Shown here: piece by piece, positions 63,896 through 64,000 of the stretch | How positions within the stretch are numbered: position 1 is the first letter of the stretch | How the letters are laid out: every line of letters starts with the position of its first letter | DNA from: Octopus sinensis | Lineage: Eukaryota | Reading direction: 5' to 3' | NCBI RefSeq assembly: GCF_006345805.1 | Contig: NC_043000.1 | Coordinates: 37,386,001 to 37,450,000 of the forward strand | Length of the DNA stretch: 64,000 nucleotides | The notes under the pieces: generated by a model | Database searches by the model: none | Told to the model about the DNA's origin: nothing | What the model saw: the letters and a program-made list of their open reading frames with translations, nothing else | Translations under genes and position numbers: made by a program

Positions 63896-64000
63896 ATAGG
63901 AGGAGAGAGGGGAGAAGAGAGAAAGGGGAGGGATAGAAGGGAGAGAGAGAGGAGGAAGAGAGAAATGGGAGGGATAAAGAGTGAGAGAGGAGGAAGAGAG
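63896..64000. repeat. Purine-rich (GA/GGA) low-complexity repeat running off the window end
   Basis: gagagaggggagaagagagaaaggggagggatag-like units. Confidence 0.9.

Noticed and set aside
53754-64000. Next Shal exon (expected KARLARIR-like sequence)
   Set aside because: Not found in the ORF track or by eye. It presumably lies beyond the window.

Overview
AT-rich, repeat-dense animal genomic DNA; the repeat families look like those of octopus (inferred, not verifiable here). It is not prokaryotic and has no CRISPR array or rRNA/tRNA gene. The only host coding sequence is one 163-nt internal exon (53591-53753, +) of a Shal/Kv4 potassium channel (pore GYGD, S6 and proximal C-terminus). Everything upstream is therefore probably one intron of more than 53 kb. 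The rest is transposon debris: an RTE LINE and many copies of its 3' tail, R4/Dong-type RLE LINEs in (AAT)n microsatellites, tRNA-derived SINEs, three tandem Helitrons, piggyBac, hAT, Tigger, maT and Gypsy remnants. The most notable unexplained structures are: (1) a complete type I hammerhead ribozyme motif with a Schistosoma Sm-alpha-like loop II (45322-45405, -) inside a ~350-bp retrozyme-like element; (2) a candidate recursive-splicing site, polyY-CAG|GTAAGT, with a 37-nt cryptic exon at 22473; (3) a ~285-bp, ~94% identical inverted duplication at 42486-43148; (4) a ~580-bp element targeted to (AAT)n and stacked with Dong LINEs at two loci. All alignments were done by eye. Repeat boundaries are approximate unless a TSD or TIR is quoted.
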